Assembly (NCBI RefSeq): GCF_000143415.4
Contig: NW_003314305.1
Coordinates: 433,709 to 497,708, forward strand
Source: Selaginella moellendorffii
Taxonomy: Eukaryota; Plantae; Lycopodiophyta
Reading direction: 5' to 3'
Length of the DNA stretch: 64,000 bases
The notes beneath the pieces are model-generated. The model was not told the origin of the DNA, searched no databases, and was given only the letters and a program-made list of their open reading frames with translations. The position numbers and the translations under genes were made by a program. Shown here piece after piece: positions 49,739 to 61,668 of the stretch. Position 1 is the stretch's first letter; every line of letters starts with the position of its first letter.

Positions 49739-50257
49739 ATGGCTGATGGGACGCTGGAGTTCATCGCGGTCATGCTTCGCACTATGAAGCATGTTCCCGT
49801 CAGAGCCCCGGAGAAATTCACGATTGGGGATCTCCAGGTGAGTCCAATGGGGGATTTCATGTACCCGATCGAGTATCCAGAGCCGCCCACGGCCGAATTG
49901 CCCGGCCACGGCGTGTACGAGCTTGTGAGGTCCGAGTTCTACCCTGAGAACGATCAGGGCAGGCGGATGATGCGCCATTTGTACACCATCACCAGAGAAG
50001 GCGGCGAGGTTGAGAAGTACCAGGTTGGGCTGGTCGAAGACTCGCGTGGGATCGCAATCAAGGGGTTTTCGAGAAGGGACTGGGAGGATTGTGCGATCCC
50101 TGAGAATGGGAAGCTTAGGGATGGCGAGAGGCGGTGCTGGCCGAGGAGTGAGATGGGGCGCCATGACGTTCTCCCCAGGGCGGTTGAAAGACTAGCATCG
50201 ATGATGGGCGGGGACGAAGATAGAATCTTTCCACCATGTAGAAAGTTTGCGAAATGA
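49739..50257 (+). CDS. Orphan 172-aa protein, intronless, copy A
   Basis: Intact ORF with a full-length paralogue at 59946-60452. Confidence 0.65.
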   Translation: MADGTLEFIAVMLRTMKHVPVRAPEKFTIGDLQVSPMGDFMYPIEYPEPPTAELPGHGVYELVRSEFYPENDQGRRMMRHLYTITREGGEVEKYQVGLVEDSRGIAIKGFSRRDWEDCAIPENGKLRDGERRCWPRSEMGRHDVLPRAVERLASMMGGDEDRIFPPCRKFAK

Positions 50258-50399
50258 ATACAAGCTCTTCTCAAGCAGTCTATTCCTCTCTCCTCATACT
50301 TTGAGAGCATCAGATTTGCACTAATTTTTGGAGTGAATTGGATTTGATTTCTCTTTTTCGTTCTTCTGCATTTGATCGTGCAGATCAAAGCGTTTCAGC

Positions 50400-50600
50400 A
50401 TAGGAATTCTGTCAAAGGCCTGCTGTGCTTCCACCATGCTGCCACACTTCATGTACATCGCCACCAAGCTACTGGCTATATGAGAGTCCGAGTCCACTCG
50501 CGTTCGCGTGGATTTGCCGGACTCTTTCGACGTCTCTAGCTCTGGAGCACGACTTTAACGCCGCAAGGCCAGCGCTTATCTCGAGCTGATGAGCGTTGCC
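50400..50600 (-). pseudogene. PLS-PPR fragment (inverted match to 58100-58265)
   Basis: The reverse complement encodes SSLVAMYMKCGSMVEAQQAFDRIP. Confidence 0.8.
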
Positions 50601-51463
50601 GGTAGTACCTCGTATCGGCTGTGAGAACTTTAGGATCCAGCGAAGTCCTGGACAGCATAGTAAGGATGGCTCTACCTTCCAGCATCAAAGCGTTCGAAAA
50701 TTTGCCTTCGTTGATTCGGAACATCTTGAAAAGAATGTTTGCTCTCGCCATCTCCTCAGCTTCCTCTTTCCGATTGATTGGTCTAGAGTTTGGCACGGAT
50801 CCTCGATGCTAGAAATCAGGACCTGGAACTCCAAGAAACAAATCTCCTGTCCTACATTGCCGAGAATCTCATTCTTGCAGCTTGCCGGATCCTCGCGCGG
50901 GCGATGGGACGAGCGAAACCCTATAAAAAAGTTCTCAATTACATCTTTGAATATGCCCTTGCATTGACTGGGTTGACTCTTCATTGACTTGCATTGGCTC
51001 TTCGTTTGTAAGCTATTTTGGGAAGAAGATAGACCGCAGCACTCCATCTTCCACGCACAAATCGTTTTGATCACTCCAGTTCTTCCAGCGAGATGAAAGA
51101 ACACTCAATGGAGTGTCCATTTGGTCCTAGCAAAACACGACTTTTACAGTGGACCACACTCGAACAGTACTTAACTACAACACCCTGTGGGATTCCGGCA
51201 AAGACAAGGGTATGAATAAGTGTGGACGACCCTCGGTGAAACAAACAATATCCCTTACCTCCCAATAAAAGGGCATGCAACAACACCACTTTTGCGGAGA
51301 ATTCGATCCATATGTCGAGGAGATTTTTGTGAAGACCAAGGAGCTGTTCCTTCCACCGCAAACTCTCGTCCTCCTGGATCCCAATAGTTACTCCATCTTC
51401 TTCCTCGTCTTTTAACCAAGCGGGGATTAAAAGAAGCCCTTTCCGTAATAGGGTAGGGCAGTT

Positions 51464-52489
51464 ATGGACATTCTGGTGCACATAGTTGAGGAGGAGGTGT
51501 TGAAGCTCCTGCCAGCAGTTGTTTTGCACCGCCGCATCAGAGTTGTGTGCAGGCGGTGGAGGGATCTCGTAGACTCACCAAGATTTGGAAAGTCTCATTC
51601 AGCGCACCACTCTAGAAACAAGCAGATTTACCCTCCTCCTCATGTCTTGGGAGTAACTTCTTTTGGTAAGGGAGTGTATCGGTGCAACCCGTTTGTTGCT
51701 GGATCTCAAACACAGAAGGGTTGGGTCCGTCAGGATGTTTACAATCACATCAGGGTTTTCAAGGCCTGTGGTGGATTGCTGTTTGGACAGATGGGCAATG
51801 ACTATGTTGTTCTCAATCCGCTCACCACAGCTCTCAAGGTGCTCCCGCCGCCGCCCCTGAAAGTAGTAATAGTATGGCGTTCTGCCCTGGTTTTGGAACC
51901 GTGTATGCAGGGTTACTGGATTTGTGTAGCGGATAACAAAAAAAAGCAATTGCTGGTATATAGCTCAAGATCAGGAGTGTGGGACAAGGTGGATTACCTT
52001 CCTGGCTGGAATCGCCTCGAAAATGGAGTTGGGATGGCCAACAGCAACGCTTATTTTCCATGCGAACATGAATGTATGTGGGGGGCTTTGAGCTTCAACA
52101 TGGAAGAAATGAGATGGACTGTTGAGTGGTCATCTTTCATGGGCCATTCCCCTGTTGAAGCTTGCTGGAATGTGTACAATTGGGTGGTAACACCGGCAAC
52201 ACAGTTTTTCAAGGTGGCTGTGGTAAACGACTTTGGGGTTCGGAAGATGATGCTGGTAAGGTTGGACTGTGCATCAAAGAGATTTGTTGAGGAGACAAGC
52301 TTTCCTTACAACGCGGGCCACATTGCTCTTCTTCCAATCTGTTTTTACGAAGGCACCTTAATGATTCCGGATAAGTATAAGCTGTTTTTTCTGGATTGTG
52401 AGAGTATGGCCTGGAGTAGCATTCCACTTCAGAATCCTTTACTTCTGAGGTATGTTTTTCTGTTTGCACCATCTTTGGTGCCTCCATGA
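51464..52489 (+). CDS. F-box protein with a beta-rich C-terminal domain, intronless
   Basis: IVEEEVLKLLP...RIRVVCRRWRDLVDSPRF, followed by ACGGLL...VVLNPLT...LPPPP, typical of F-box associated domains. Confidence 0.88.
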   Translation: MDILVHIVEEEVLKLLPAVVLHRRIRVVCRRWRDLVDSPRFGKSHSAHHSRNKQIYPPPHVLGVTSFGKGVYRCNPFVAGSQTQKGWVRQDVYNHIRVFKACGGLLFGQMGNDYVVLNPLTTALKVLPPPPLKVVIVWRSALVLEPCMQGYWICVADNKKKQLLVYSSRSGVWDKVDYLPGWNRLENGVGMANSNAYFPCEHECMWGALSFNMEEMRWTVEWSSFMGHSPVEACWNVYNWVVTPATQFFKVAVVNDFGVRKMMLVRLDCASKRFVEETSFPYNAGHIALLPICFYEGTLMIPDKYKLFFLDCESMAWSSIPLQNPLLLRYVFLFAPSLVPP

Positions 52490-52656
52490 ATGTTCGCTAA
52501 ATAAAAGTTCAAATCATTTCAGATCCGTTTGTCTTTGAAGCGTTTTTTCTTACCTGTACCTGCAAATCCCAAAGTAAATCCCAAAGTTACCATAGCCATG
52601 TCAGATTTTCTGACCAGCCAACACGGATTTACATGCGAGCTTGAAAAAGCAAGGCT

Positions 52657-53060
52657 CTTACCTCGTCAGTCCACGCTTTTAACGTTCTTGGCATCCCGTG
52701 CTCGACCATGTCCCGTGCAAATCGAGAGCCAAGCCGTAGAACGAGAGGAGCCACATGCACAGAGTTCCGAAAGAAAAACACGAAAAACAAGACCACCGCT
52801 GTTGAAAACCAGCTGAGTCGATGTCTATCAAGGTAGTCAGGAGTTTCACGGCCTGTAGGACACTGGTCTCAGCCAAATGAGCTCACGGCTGTTTGCCGAG
52901 GGATAGAAAAAACAAATCATTCGGTGGATCGATGGAAACAATAGCTATATTACCTGAATACAAAGCCACGATACAATCCCCCATTAGATCTCCACCGCCT
53001 GTGTTCGTGGACAACTTCTCTCGCAAAATCTCCGAACGAGCTACCTGCGAGAAAAGAAGA
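52657..53060 (-). pseudogene. Collapsed VHA-H fragment 2
   Basis: Reverse-complement matches to 40310-41080. Confidence 0.8.
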
Positions 53061-54576
53061 GAAAAGATCGCCAGTATATTCTCCATGTATGTTTATTCTT
53101 CGAATATTCATGCAATAATGCAACCTCAACGTGGATATAAAAAACGGAGGCAGAGTTTCCATTGTTTCCAGCATGGAGCGATCAAGAGCTTGTCGCCCAA
53201 AACGATTTGCGCGGCTTTTAACGTGGAAGATGGAGTTGAGATGCGGTCTCGCAGGACACACGACGCTCTTCTTCCCCACCCAAATAGCTTACAAACGAAG
53301 AGCAGTCAATGAAAGTCAATGAAGAGTCAACTCAGTCAATGCAAGGGTACATGAACTTTTTTATTCTAGGGTTTCGCTTGTCCCATCTTCGTGATCCGCA
53401 AGGATGAGATTCTCGGCAATGTAGGACAGGTGATTTGGTTCCAGGTCCTGATTTCTAGCATCGAGGATCCGTGCCAAACTCTACACCAATCAATTGGAAA
53501 GAGGAAGCTGAGGAGATGGCGCTCAAAGAAGCGTGGACGGCTTTTCAAGATGTCCCGAATCAACGAAGGCAAATTTTCGAACGCTTTGGGTAGAGCCAAA
53601 TTTTTTTTTATCCTGTCCACGACTTCGCTGTATCATAAAGTTTTCACAGCCGATAGGAGAGCTTATGGTAGTTCTTCCGGCGAGATGAGAGAACACTGGC
53701 CCGTTTTTCCAGCAAAAAAGTTGGATCGATCAGACACTCCAGGCCAAAAAAGGTAGAAAGCTTACTTCTCGGTGGTGATGATCGAGAACAATTCCATTCC
53801 ATTCTCTCCTGCTCGATTTGAGACAACGTGAAATCGCGGGACGATAAACAGGCAGCCGAGTGACAAGCAGCTGCGAGTCTATGCCTGCCTCGACTCTAAA
53901 AACACTCCTACGTCGCACAGCCTTGCGTGTGATTACGACATTGTCAAGGCTGGTGGATAATATCCAGGTTACACTTTTTAGTTTGTTTTCTTTTGAGCTA
54001 AACCGCAGTTTCTTTGTCAGCAGCAAAGAAGAATGTCATAGGAAAGATTGGGTTGCGGAACATCAGGTTACTGAGTAAAAGCCTGGCTTGCGTTCTGCAA
54101 TGGTACTTATCTTATGCAGAAACAGTGAGCATTAGTATTTCGTTTGGCATCAGCAACACGCAATGACTGGGATAAATTCGAGGATCAAAGTACGCTTTTT
54201 ATCACGACGACGTATATGTCAAGTGAAATTTCTAAACTGTAGGATTTGACTTACTTCCAGCAAATAAGCAGAGACGATGAACATGCTTTTGAAGGCTGAA
54301 GCACTTTTATTTTCTAGCTTCCTTCTTGGCAATCGTATTTATTTCTTGTTTTCGAGTGCATACACAGTAATTCATGGTACATCTCTTGAGATCCTGCCTC
54401 CTCCCTCCATTGTTGCGCTGTTTTTGTTATTTGTTTGTCCTATTATTTGACGAAGATTACGAGCTGTAGACGCAAAATTTATCCTCCTCCTCCATTGCAG
54501 GCTGTCAGGAGACCGAGGAGGCCACCGCACGCTCTTGTAGGAAGTTCCAACCAATTATGATGCTTGAGATGAAAAG

Positions 54577-55480
54577 CTACAGCCTGGTCCAGAATCGAAC
54601 CTGCTTTTTTTCGTTCAGCACCACCAGATCGCCACCTTGAAGAGGAAAATGGGTAATGAATCGTGAATGTGGCGTGTCATTATCTGCAAACTGCTCCGCT
54701 TTTGCCCACGTAACCACCTTCCAGTGACGCCCGCATTCTTCTTGTTCATCCAGCTCCAGCAATACGATGCCTCCCTTGAAAAGATGACCTATTATGAGTT
54801 CGCACTGGCCAACCACGATCACCTTGGGCCCGTAATGCAAGGATCAAGCCTGCGATAAATGTAGCCCGCGAGTTTGAGTTCTTGAGGCAGCGGGAAGTCG
54901 TTCAAAGCTTTGGCACCTGGGATTGCCATTGCCTCAGTGCGCAGGTCGTAAGCCTGCAGCTTGCTATCCCGGAAGATGAACTCCCCAGCAAGATGTCCCG
55001 TCAGTATGCGATGACTTCCAGACATGGGAAACGCTGTATAAACGCTGTGACCTCCAGCTACCGTCCATAGAGCAGGTGAATGCTAAACTGCTCCTGGTTG
55101 CCTGATCTTATTCTTAAGTTGATCTGACCCGGTCCAAACGCAAAATCAGGAGCACTCGCGTTTGCAAAGGTCACTTCCACAACAGGAAGCTCAAGTTGGA
55201 ATCCGGTGCGCAAACAGCCACCCGCAACGGCCATACGCGACAATGGTGGCTCCAAATCAGTCAAGAAGTCGTCTCTGAGGACGCCACAGAGCAGGCCCGA
55301 GCATGCGGCCATTGGAAAGTGTCGCGGCAACAACCGGTTTGACACCACTCCTAGGCGAGCAACGACGGGCATGGGGGACTGTTTTTGATCCCCACCAGAG
55401 CGAGTGAACGTGAGTGAGTGAAGCGATTGAGAAGTTTGAGCGCTGTCATTCGCGTCTAAGAGCCATACCTTCACTCTCAA
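54577..55480 (-). pseudogene. Fragmented gene, possibly F-box-associated domain type
   Basis: Consecutive same-strand ORFs in shifting frames, including MAACSGLLCG. Confidence 0.4.
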
Positions 55481-55798
55481 GGAGTTTTACCTTCGTTGTC
55501 AGTCACAACATCGTCTCCGGCCTCACTTACGTCAACACTGTCTGGAGGAATGGCCTTCGAGGAAACAATATCCCTTACGCCCCAATAAAAGGGCAATTGC
55601 AACAACACCACTTTTGCGGAGAATTCGATCCATATGTCGAGCAGATTCTTGTGAAGACCAAGGAGCTGTTCCTTCCCATCCTCCTGGATCCCAGTAGCTC
55701 TTGGGAAGAGTTACTCCATCTTCTTCCTCGACTTGGACGATCATTATCCTTTGAAGTAAACGGGGATTAAAAGAGGCCCTTTCCGTAATAGGGCAGGT

Positions 55799-56816
55799 AT
55801 GGACAACATAGTTGAGGAGGAGGTGTTGAAGCTCTTGCCAGCAGTTGTTTTGCACCGCCGCATCAGAGTCGTGTGCAAGCGGTGGAGGGATCTCGTAGAC
55901 TCACCAGGATTTGGAAAGTTTCATTCAGCGCACCACTCTAGAAACAAGCAGATTTGCCCTCCTCATGTCTTGGGAGTAACTTCTTTCGGTAAGGGAGTGT
56001 ATCGGTGCAAACCCGTTTGCTGCTGGATCTCAAACACAGAAGGGTTGGGTCCGTCAGGGATGTTTACCATCAACATCAGGGTTTTCAAGGCCTGTGGTGG
56101 ATTGGTGTTTGGACAGATGGGCAATGACTATGTTGTTCTCAATCCGCTCACCACAGCTCTCAAGGTGCTCCCGCCGCCACCCCTGAAAGTAGTAATAGTA
56201 TGGCGTTCTGCCCTGGTTTTGGAACCGTGTATGCAGGGTTACTGGATTTGTGTAGCGGTGTAACAAAAAAAAGCAATTGCTGGTATATAGCTCGAGATCA
56301 GGAGTGTGGGACAAGGTGGATTATCTTCCTGGCTGGAATCGTCTCGAAAATGGAGTTGGGATGGCCAACAGCAACGCTTATTTTCCATGCGAACATGAAC
56401 GTATGTGGGGGGCTTTGAGCTTCAACATGGAAGAAATGAGATGGACTGTTGAGTGGTCATCTTTCATGGGCCATTCCCCTGTTGAAGCTTGCTGGAATGT
56501 GTACAATTGGGTGGTAACACCAGCAACACAGTTTTTCAAGGTGGCTGTGGTAAACGATTTTGGGGTTCTGAAGATGATGCTGATAAGGTTGGACTGTGCA
56601 TCAAAGAGATTTGTTGAGGAGACAAGCTTTCCTTACAATGAGGGCCACATTCCTCTTCTTCCAATCTGTTTTTACGAAGGCACCTTAATGATTCCGGATA
56701 AGTATAAGCTGTTTTTTCTGGATTGTGAGAGTATGACCTGGAGTAGCATTCCACTTCAGAATCCTTTACTTCTGAGGTATGTTTTTCTGTTTGCACCATC
56801 TTTGGTGCCTCCATGA
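55799..56816 (+). pseudogene. Frameshifted duplicate of the F-box gene at 51464-52489
   Basis: Near-identical DNA split into ORFs 55799-56263 and 56277-56816. Confidence 0.9.
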
Positions 56817-56849
56817 ATGTTCGCTAAATAAAAGTTCAAATCAGAGTTC

Positions 56850-57070
56850 CGAAACAGAGTTCCGAAAGAAAAACACGAAAAACAAGACCACCGCTGTTGA
56901 AAACCAGCTTAGTCGATGTCTATCAAGGTAGTCAGGAGTTTCACGGCCTGTAGTACACTGTGGTCTCAGCCAAATGAGCTCACGGCTAGAAAAAACAAAA
57001 ACAATAACTATATTACCTGAATACAAAGCCACGAGACAATCCCCCATTAGATCTCCACCGTTCGTGGACA
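56850..57070 (-). pseudogene. Collapsed VHA-H fragment 3
   Basis: Duplicate of 52760-53010. Confidence 0.75.
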
Positions 57071-58099
57071 GAAAAGATGAGCCCTAAACCGCCAACATAT
57101 TCTCCATTTATGTTTATTCTTCGAATATTCATGCAATAATGCAACGTTTGCTTGGCAAATCTCAACGTGGATATAAAAAACGGAGGCAGAGTTTCCATTG
57201 TTTCCAGCATGGAGCGATCAAGAGCTTGTCGCCCAAAACGATTTGCGCGGCTTTTAACGTGGAAGATGGAGTTCAGATGCGGTCTCGCAGGACACACGAC
57301 GCTCTTCTTCCCACCCAAATAGCTTACAAACGAAGAGCCCAGGTAGTCAATGAAAGTCAATGAAGAGTCAACCCAGTACATAAACTTTTTTATTTTAGGG
57401 TTTCGCTTGTCCCATCTTCGTGATCCGCAAGGATAGGTGATTTGGTTCCAGGTCCTGATTTCTAGCATCGAGGATCCGTGCCAAACTCTAGACCAATCAA
57501 TTGGAAAGAGGAAGCTGAGGAGATGGCGCTCAAAGAAGCGTGGACGGCTTTTCAAGATGTCCCGACGAAGGCAAATTTTCGAGCGCTTTAGAGCCAATTT
57601 TGTCCACGACTTGCTGGATCCTAAAGTTTTCACAGCCGATAGGAGAGCATATGGTAGTTCTTCCGGCGAGATGAGAGAACACTGGCCCGTTTTTCCAGCA
57701 AAAAAGTTGGATCGATCAGCCCTCCAGGCCAAAAAAGGTAGAAAGCTTACTTCTCGGTGGTGATGATCGAGAACCATTCCATTCCATTCTCTCCTGCTCG
57801 ATTTGAGACAACGTGAAATCGCGGGACGATAAACAGGCAGCCGAGTGACAAGCAGCTGCGAGTCTATGCCTGCCTCGACTCGAAAAACAATCCTACGTTG
57901 CACAGCCTTGCGTGGAATTAGGACATTGTTATCGGTTCCAGCATATGATCGATTACTCCTATGCCATTTTTGTTCACGAATTGGATACGACCGGTTGACA
58001 ATGTAAGTGACTTGGTACGCAGAGGAAAACCCTGGCGAGCGAGCACACAAATCCAGTGATCACAAAAAAAAAGAAAAAAGATCAGCACCAAGACCGGCG

Positions 58100-59210
58100 T
58101 GCTTATCAGCTCGAGAGAAGCGCTTGTCTCGCGGCGCTAAAGTTGTGCTCCAGGGCTAGAGACGTCGAAAGATCACGCGAACGCGAGAGTCGGACTTGGT
58201 GGCGATGTACATGAAGTGTGGCAGCGTGGTGGAAGCACAGCAGGCCTTCGACAGGATTCCTCGCCCCGACGAAGTGGCTATGCGGAGAATGGCGAGGACG
58301 AGATGGCCTTGCAGCTCTTTGGATCGATACAACAGTGCTGCGCAGCAAACGCACGAACTTTTGCCGCTGCGCTCGCCTCTGGCAGCTGCCGAAGAAGGCC
58401 ATCGTCAAGCCGAGGCTGGGATGAGAACAGATCCTATCCTTTGCAATGTCTACATGCGGAATGCTCTCATCGACATGTACGTGAAGTGCCGGAGCATGGT
58501 GCATGCTCAAGAGGTTTTCGACAAGATGAAAAGTCGGGATGTGGTCTCGTGGAACGTTTTGATGCTCGGCTATACACAGGATGGTGAGAACGAGGAGCTA
58601 ACTCTAGAGATGTTTATGAATATGGTGTCGTCCCGAGGCTGTCAGCTCCATAGCTGGAGTGTTGTCGCTGCTCTCCAGGCCTCGGAGCCAAGGAAGAAGC
58701 TCGGAATCCACAGGAGAAGCTCAGGTTTCTAGTTACGGGTGTGGCGATCCACGGCACGGCGGACAGACTGCGATGTGACTCAAACATATTCATAGCCAAC
58801 GCTCTTCTCAACTGAGAACGATGAGGGAAAGATGGCCCTTCAACTCTTTGGAGATTTGCTACACTCCCAGTCTTTGGTGGCTGTGCTGAAGGCTTGTAGT
58901 AGTCTCTCAACTCAAGAACAGGAAGGCAAGTCGATGGGAAGATCGTGACGCTGCGTTCGCTGGAAGCCGGAATGGCGGTGCACTCGTTGGTATCAGAGAG
59001 AGGCTTTGATCTGGAAGACTTGTACGTGGCAAGCTGCTTGGTCGACATGTATGGTAAGTGTTGGAGCATGGCTGATTCTCGCAGAGTTTTCAACCGATCG
59101 CGACGTTGTTATCTGGAACGCAGTGAGCTCTGGATACGCACAGAACGACGAAAGTGTGGCTGCTCTAGAGTTGTTTGAGGCTCTCTTGTGTGAAGGTGGC
59201 GATGGTGGTT
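58100..59210 (+). pseudogene. Degenerate PLS-PPR gene
   Basis: NALIDMYVKCRSM...RDVVSWNVLMLGYTQ and ASCLVDMYGKC lie in broken frames. Confidence 0.85.
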
Positions 59211-59214
59211 TTTT

Positions 59215-59925
59215 ATTGAATTGGATTTGATTTCTCGTTTCGTTCTGGCAGAATGGTGTCTCTTATGTGATACTTGACAACATCACGAAGGAAGAAACGG
59301 TGGAGTGTGTGGTAGCGTTGCCCTCTAGTAAGCTCAAGTCCATAGCTTTTGAAGGAATGACTGAACCATAATTCTTTGAATTCATGTCAGTGGATCCGAT
59401 TAAGCGTGCTGCATTGTTCGACGATCTCCCGAAGACATTTACCGGCCTTTTTTGAGGTTTGGTTCGAGAGTTTCCCCCTTTTTCCCCCAGTTTGTTCCCC
59501 AAGAAAAATTGGTTCCTGCAAGATTCTGACCGTCTTGATCAGGTAGCTCGTTTTCAGATTTTGCGAGAGTAGTTGTCTTACTATCTCACGGCCTTCGAAG
59601 AACGTATTGCAGGTCCTTAAAAAACTTGTCTTTGTATCCAGGTAATACAGCTGCTGTTTCCATCGATCAATTATTTGTTTCTCTCTCTCTCGGTAGCAAA
59701 GACATCCTCACATCCAAGCCGCGCGATACCAACAGCCGCGAGCTCTTTAAAGGAACGACTCCCTGCATGCATCTGGCACCTCCGTTCTACAGCTTGGCTG
59801 TGGAAGCCACTCTTACCTCGGATGAGGGAAGTCGCGAGAACGTCCTCCAAAGAAAAGGTTTGCCTAGATCTTGATACTTTTGATGTGAGAGTGGCCATTT
59901 TGATGCTGCGAAATCCTCTCACGAA
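59215..59925 (+). pseudogene. Collapsed VHA-H fragment 4
   Basis: Patchwork matches to 39920-40995. Confidence 0.85.
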
Positions 59926-59945
59926 AGCTTGAGAAGAGCTTGTCT

Positions 59946-60452
59946 TCATTTCACAAAGTTTCTACATGATGGGAAGATTCTATCTTGGCTCATCATCAAG
60001 TCTAGTCTTTCAACCGCCTTGGATGGAACTTCATAACTCGTCATCTCCCTCCTCGGAGAACACCGCCTCTCCCCTTGCCTAAGCTCCCCATTCTCAGGGA
60101 TCGCACAATCCTCCCAATCCATTCTCGAAAACCCCTTGATTGTCTCTCCAAGCGAGTCTTCCGCCAGCACAACTTGGTACTTCTCTACGTCGCCACCTTC
60201 TCTTGTGATGGTGTACAAATGGCGCATCATGCGTTTGCCATGATCGTAGCGATGGTAAAACTCGGATCTCACAAGCGCATACAAGCCGCAACGAAATTGG
60301 GCCGTGGGCGGTTCTGGATACTCAATTGGGTACATGAAGTCCCCCAGTGGGCTCACCTCGGGATGCCCAATCCTCAAGTTCCTGGGGGCTGTGACTGGAA
60401 CATTCTTCATACTGCGAAGCATGACCCTGATCTTGGAGTCCAGCGTTTCCAT
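59946..60452 (-). CDS. Orphan 168-aa protein, intronless, copy B
   Basis: Paralogue of 49739-50257, sharing GDFMYPIEYPEPPTA, RMMRHLYTITREGG and DWEDCAIPENG. Confidence 0.65.
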   Translation of the reverse strand: METLDSKIRVMLRSMKNVPVTAPRNLRIGHPEVSPLGDFMYPIEYPEPPTAQFRCGLYALVRSEFYHRYDHGKRMMRHLYTITREGGDVEKYQVVLAEDSLGETIKGFSRMDWEDCAIPENGELRQGERRCSPRREMTSYEVPSKAVERLDLMMSQDRIFPSCRNFVK

Positions 60453-61389
60453 TGAATGCCCTAAATTCTCTTTATATAAATCGAATGTTTTACTAAACGT
60501 TGCTTAACTCTTTAATATCAATACTTACAAAAGCTTCAATATAAAAATATGTTAGGTTTAAAGGGTTGTAAACAATATAAGAATTTAATTTCTAAATATA
60601 TCAATTATGTCTGTCCAAAAGAATTTACTAAGAATGAAATCAATCTGCTCTATTTTTCAAAACCATCTATTTTGGTTTGCCATTAAGGCAACTCATTTTT
60701 AGAACCCCTAAAGGATAAATTAGTATACAAACTTTTGAGGTTTCCTATTCTTTGGTGGATAGGATTGGCTCATGCATTTGGCAAGGGATATATGATTGCA
60801 TATGAGTGCATATTTTTTGTTTCAATTGCACCTAAGAAATATTATCCACACGCTGGGGCAAGGCTCTTTCGCTCAGTAAAAAGTCACTAATATTTTGAGA
60901 TCAAGGATTACTTCGTCAGCTTTTCAAGCTTGTAAGTGCGCTTCTTATTTTTAAACCAAGCATAAACCAGCTTTGGCCTTGGCATGCGCACTCAACAAGA
61001 GCTCAGGTCTTTAAGTTCCCTTTACAGTTGGAGCCATGCCTAGCTGAGAGACCTTAGAACGCAGTCCTAGATAGGTGGAATGTGTTTCTTTTGGATGGTC
61101 ACTTCCTTTCCACACAAGATCATAATGAGGAAGAATGCACATCTCCTGCTGAATAAGCTCCAGTGGCTGGATGCAATATATACATATGATTTGGAGGATA
61201 TGCATCCCAGTTTCTACATCAGTTTCTGAAGGTAATTTTGGACTTCCACGAACATACCTTAGTTTCTGAAATATTGTAATTCAAGATAAAGCTTACTTAA
61301 TAGAAAAAAACTTTATATTTTACGTTAATCTCCCAATGTATATGGATTATTATATAATATACTTTCATTTTTTAGATGCCACAATTGCA

Positions 61390-61595
61390 CAGCCAGGCAT
61401 CTTGTGTGCCAGTTCTGCAAAGCATATACTTGTTTATGAAAACCAGCATGAAGATGAAGGGACTTACTTTCTTGGCGGTCTAGGTTGGAATGGTTTGCAT
61501 CACATAAGACTCGAAGATAGATCTCAACAAGAAGATGAAGGACTTACTCTCTCCCCGGTCACAAGACACAAACTCTCGTGATCTCCTCGAGCAGC
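61390..61595 (-). pseudogene. Fragment of the At4g37920-like gene (exon plus intron)
   Basis: Matches 48688-48915. Confidence 0.75.
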
Positions 61596-61668
61596 TGAGC
61601 TCTTAAACCCTAAACCGCTAGAGATTAAAGAACAATATATCGTTGACTCAATAGTTCTCTTCCATCAA

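Noticed and set aside
57013-58050. 345-aa minus-strand ORF
   Set aside because: It reads through a chimera of duplicated fragments, including VHA-H-derived DNA, and the homologous copy at 53-54 kb is not open in one frame. It is likely fortuitous.
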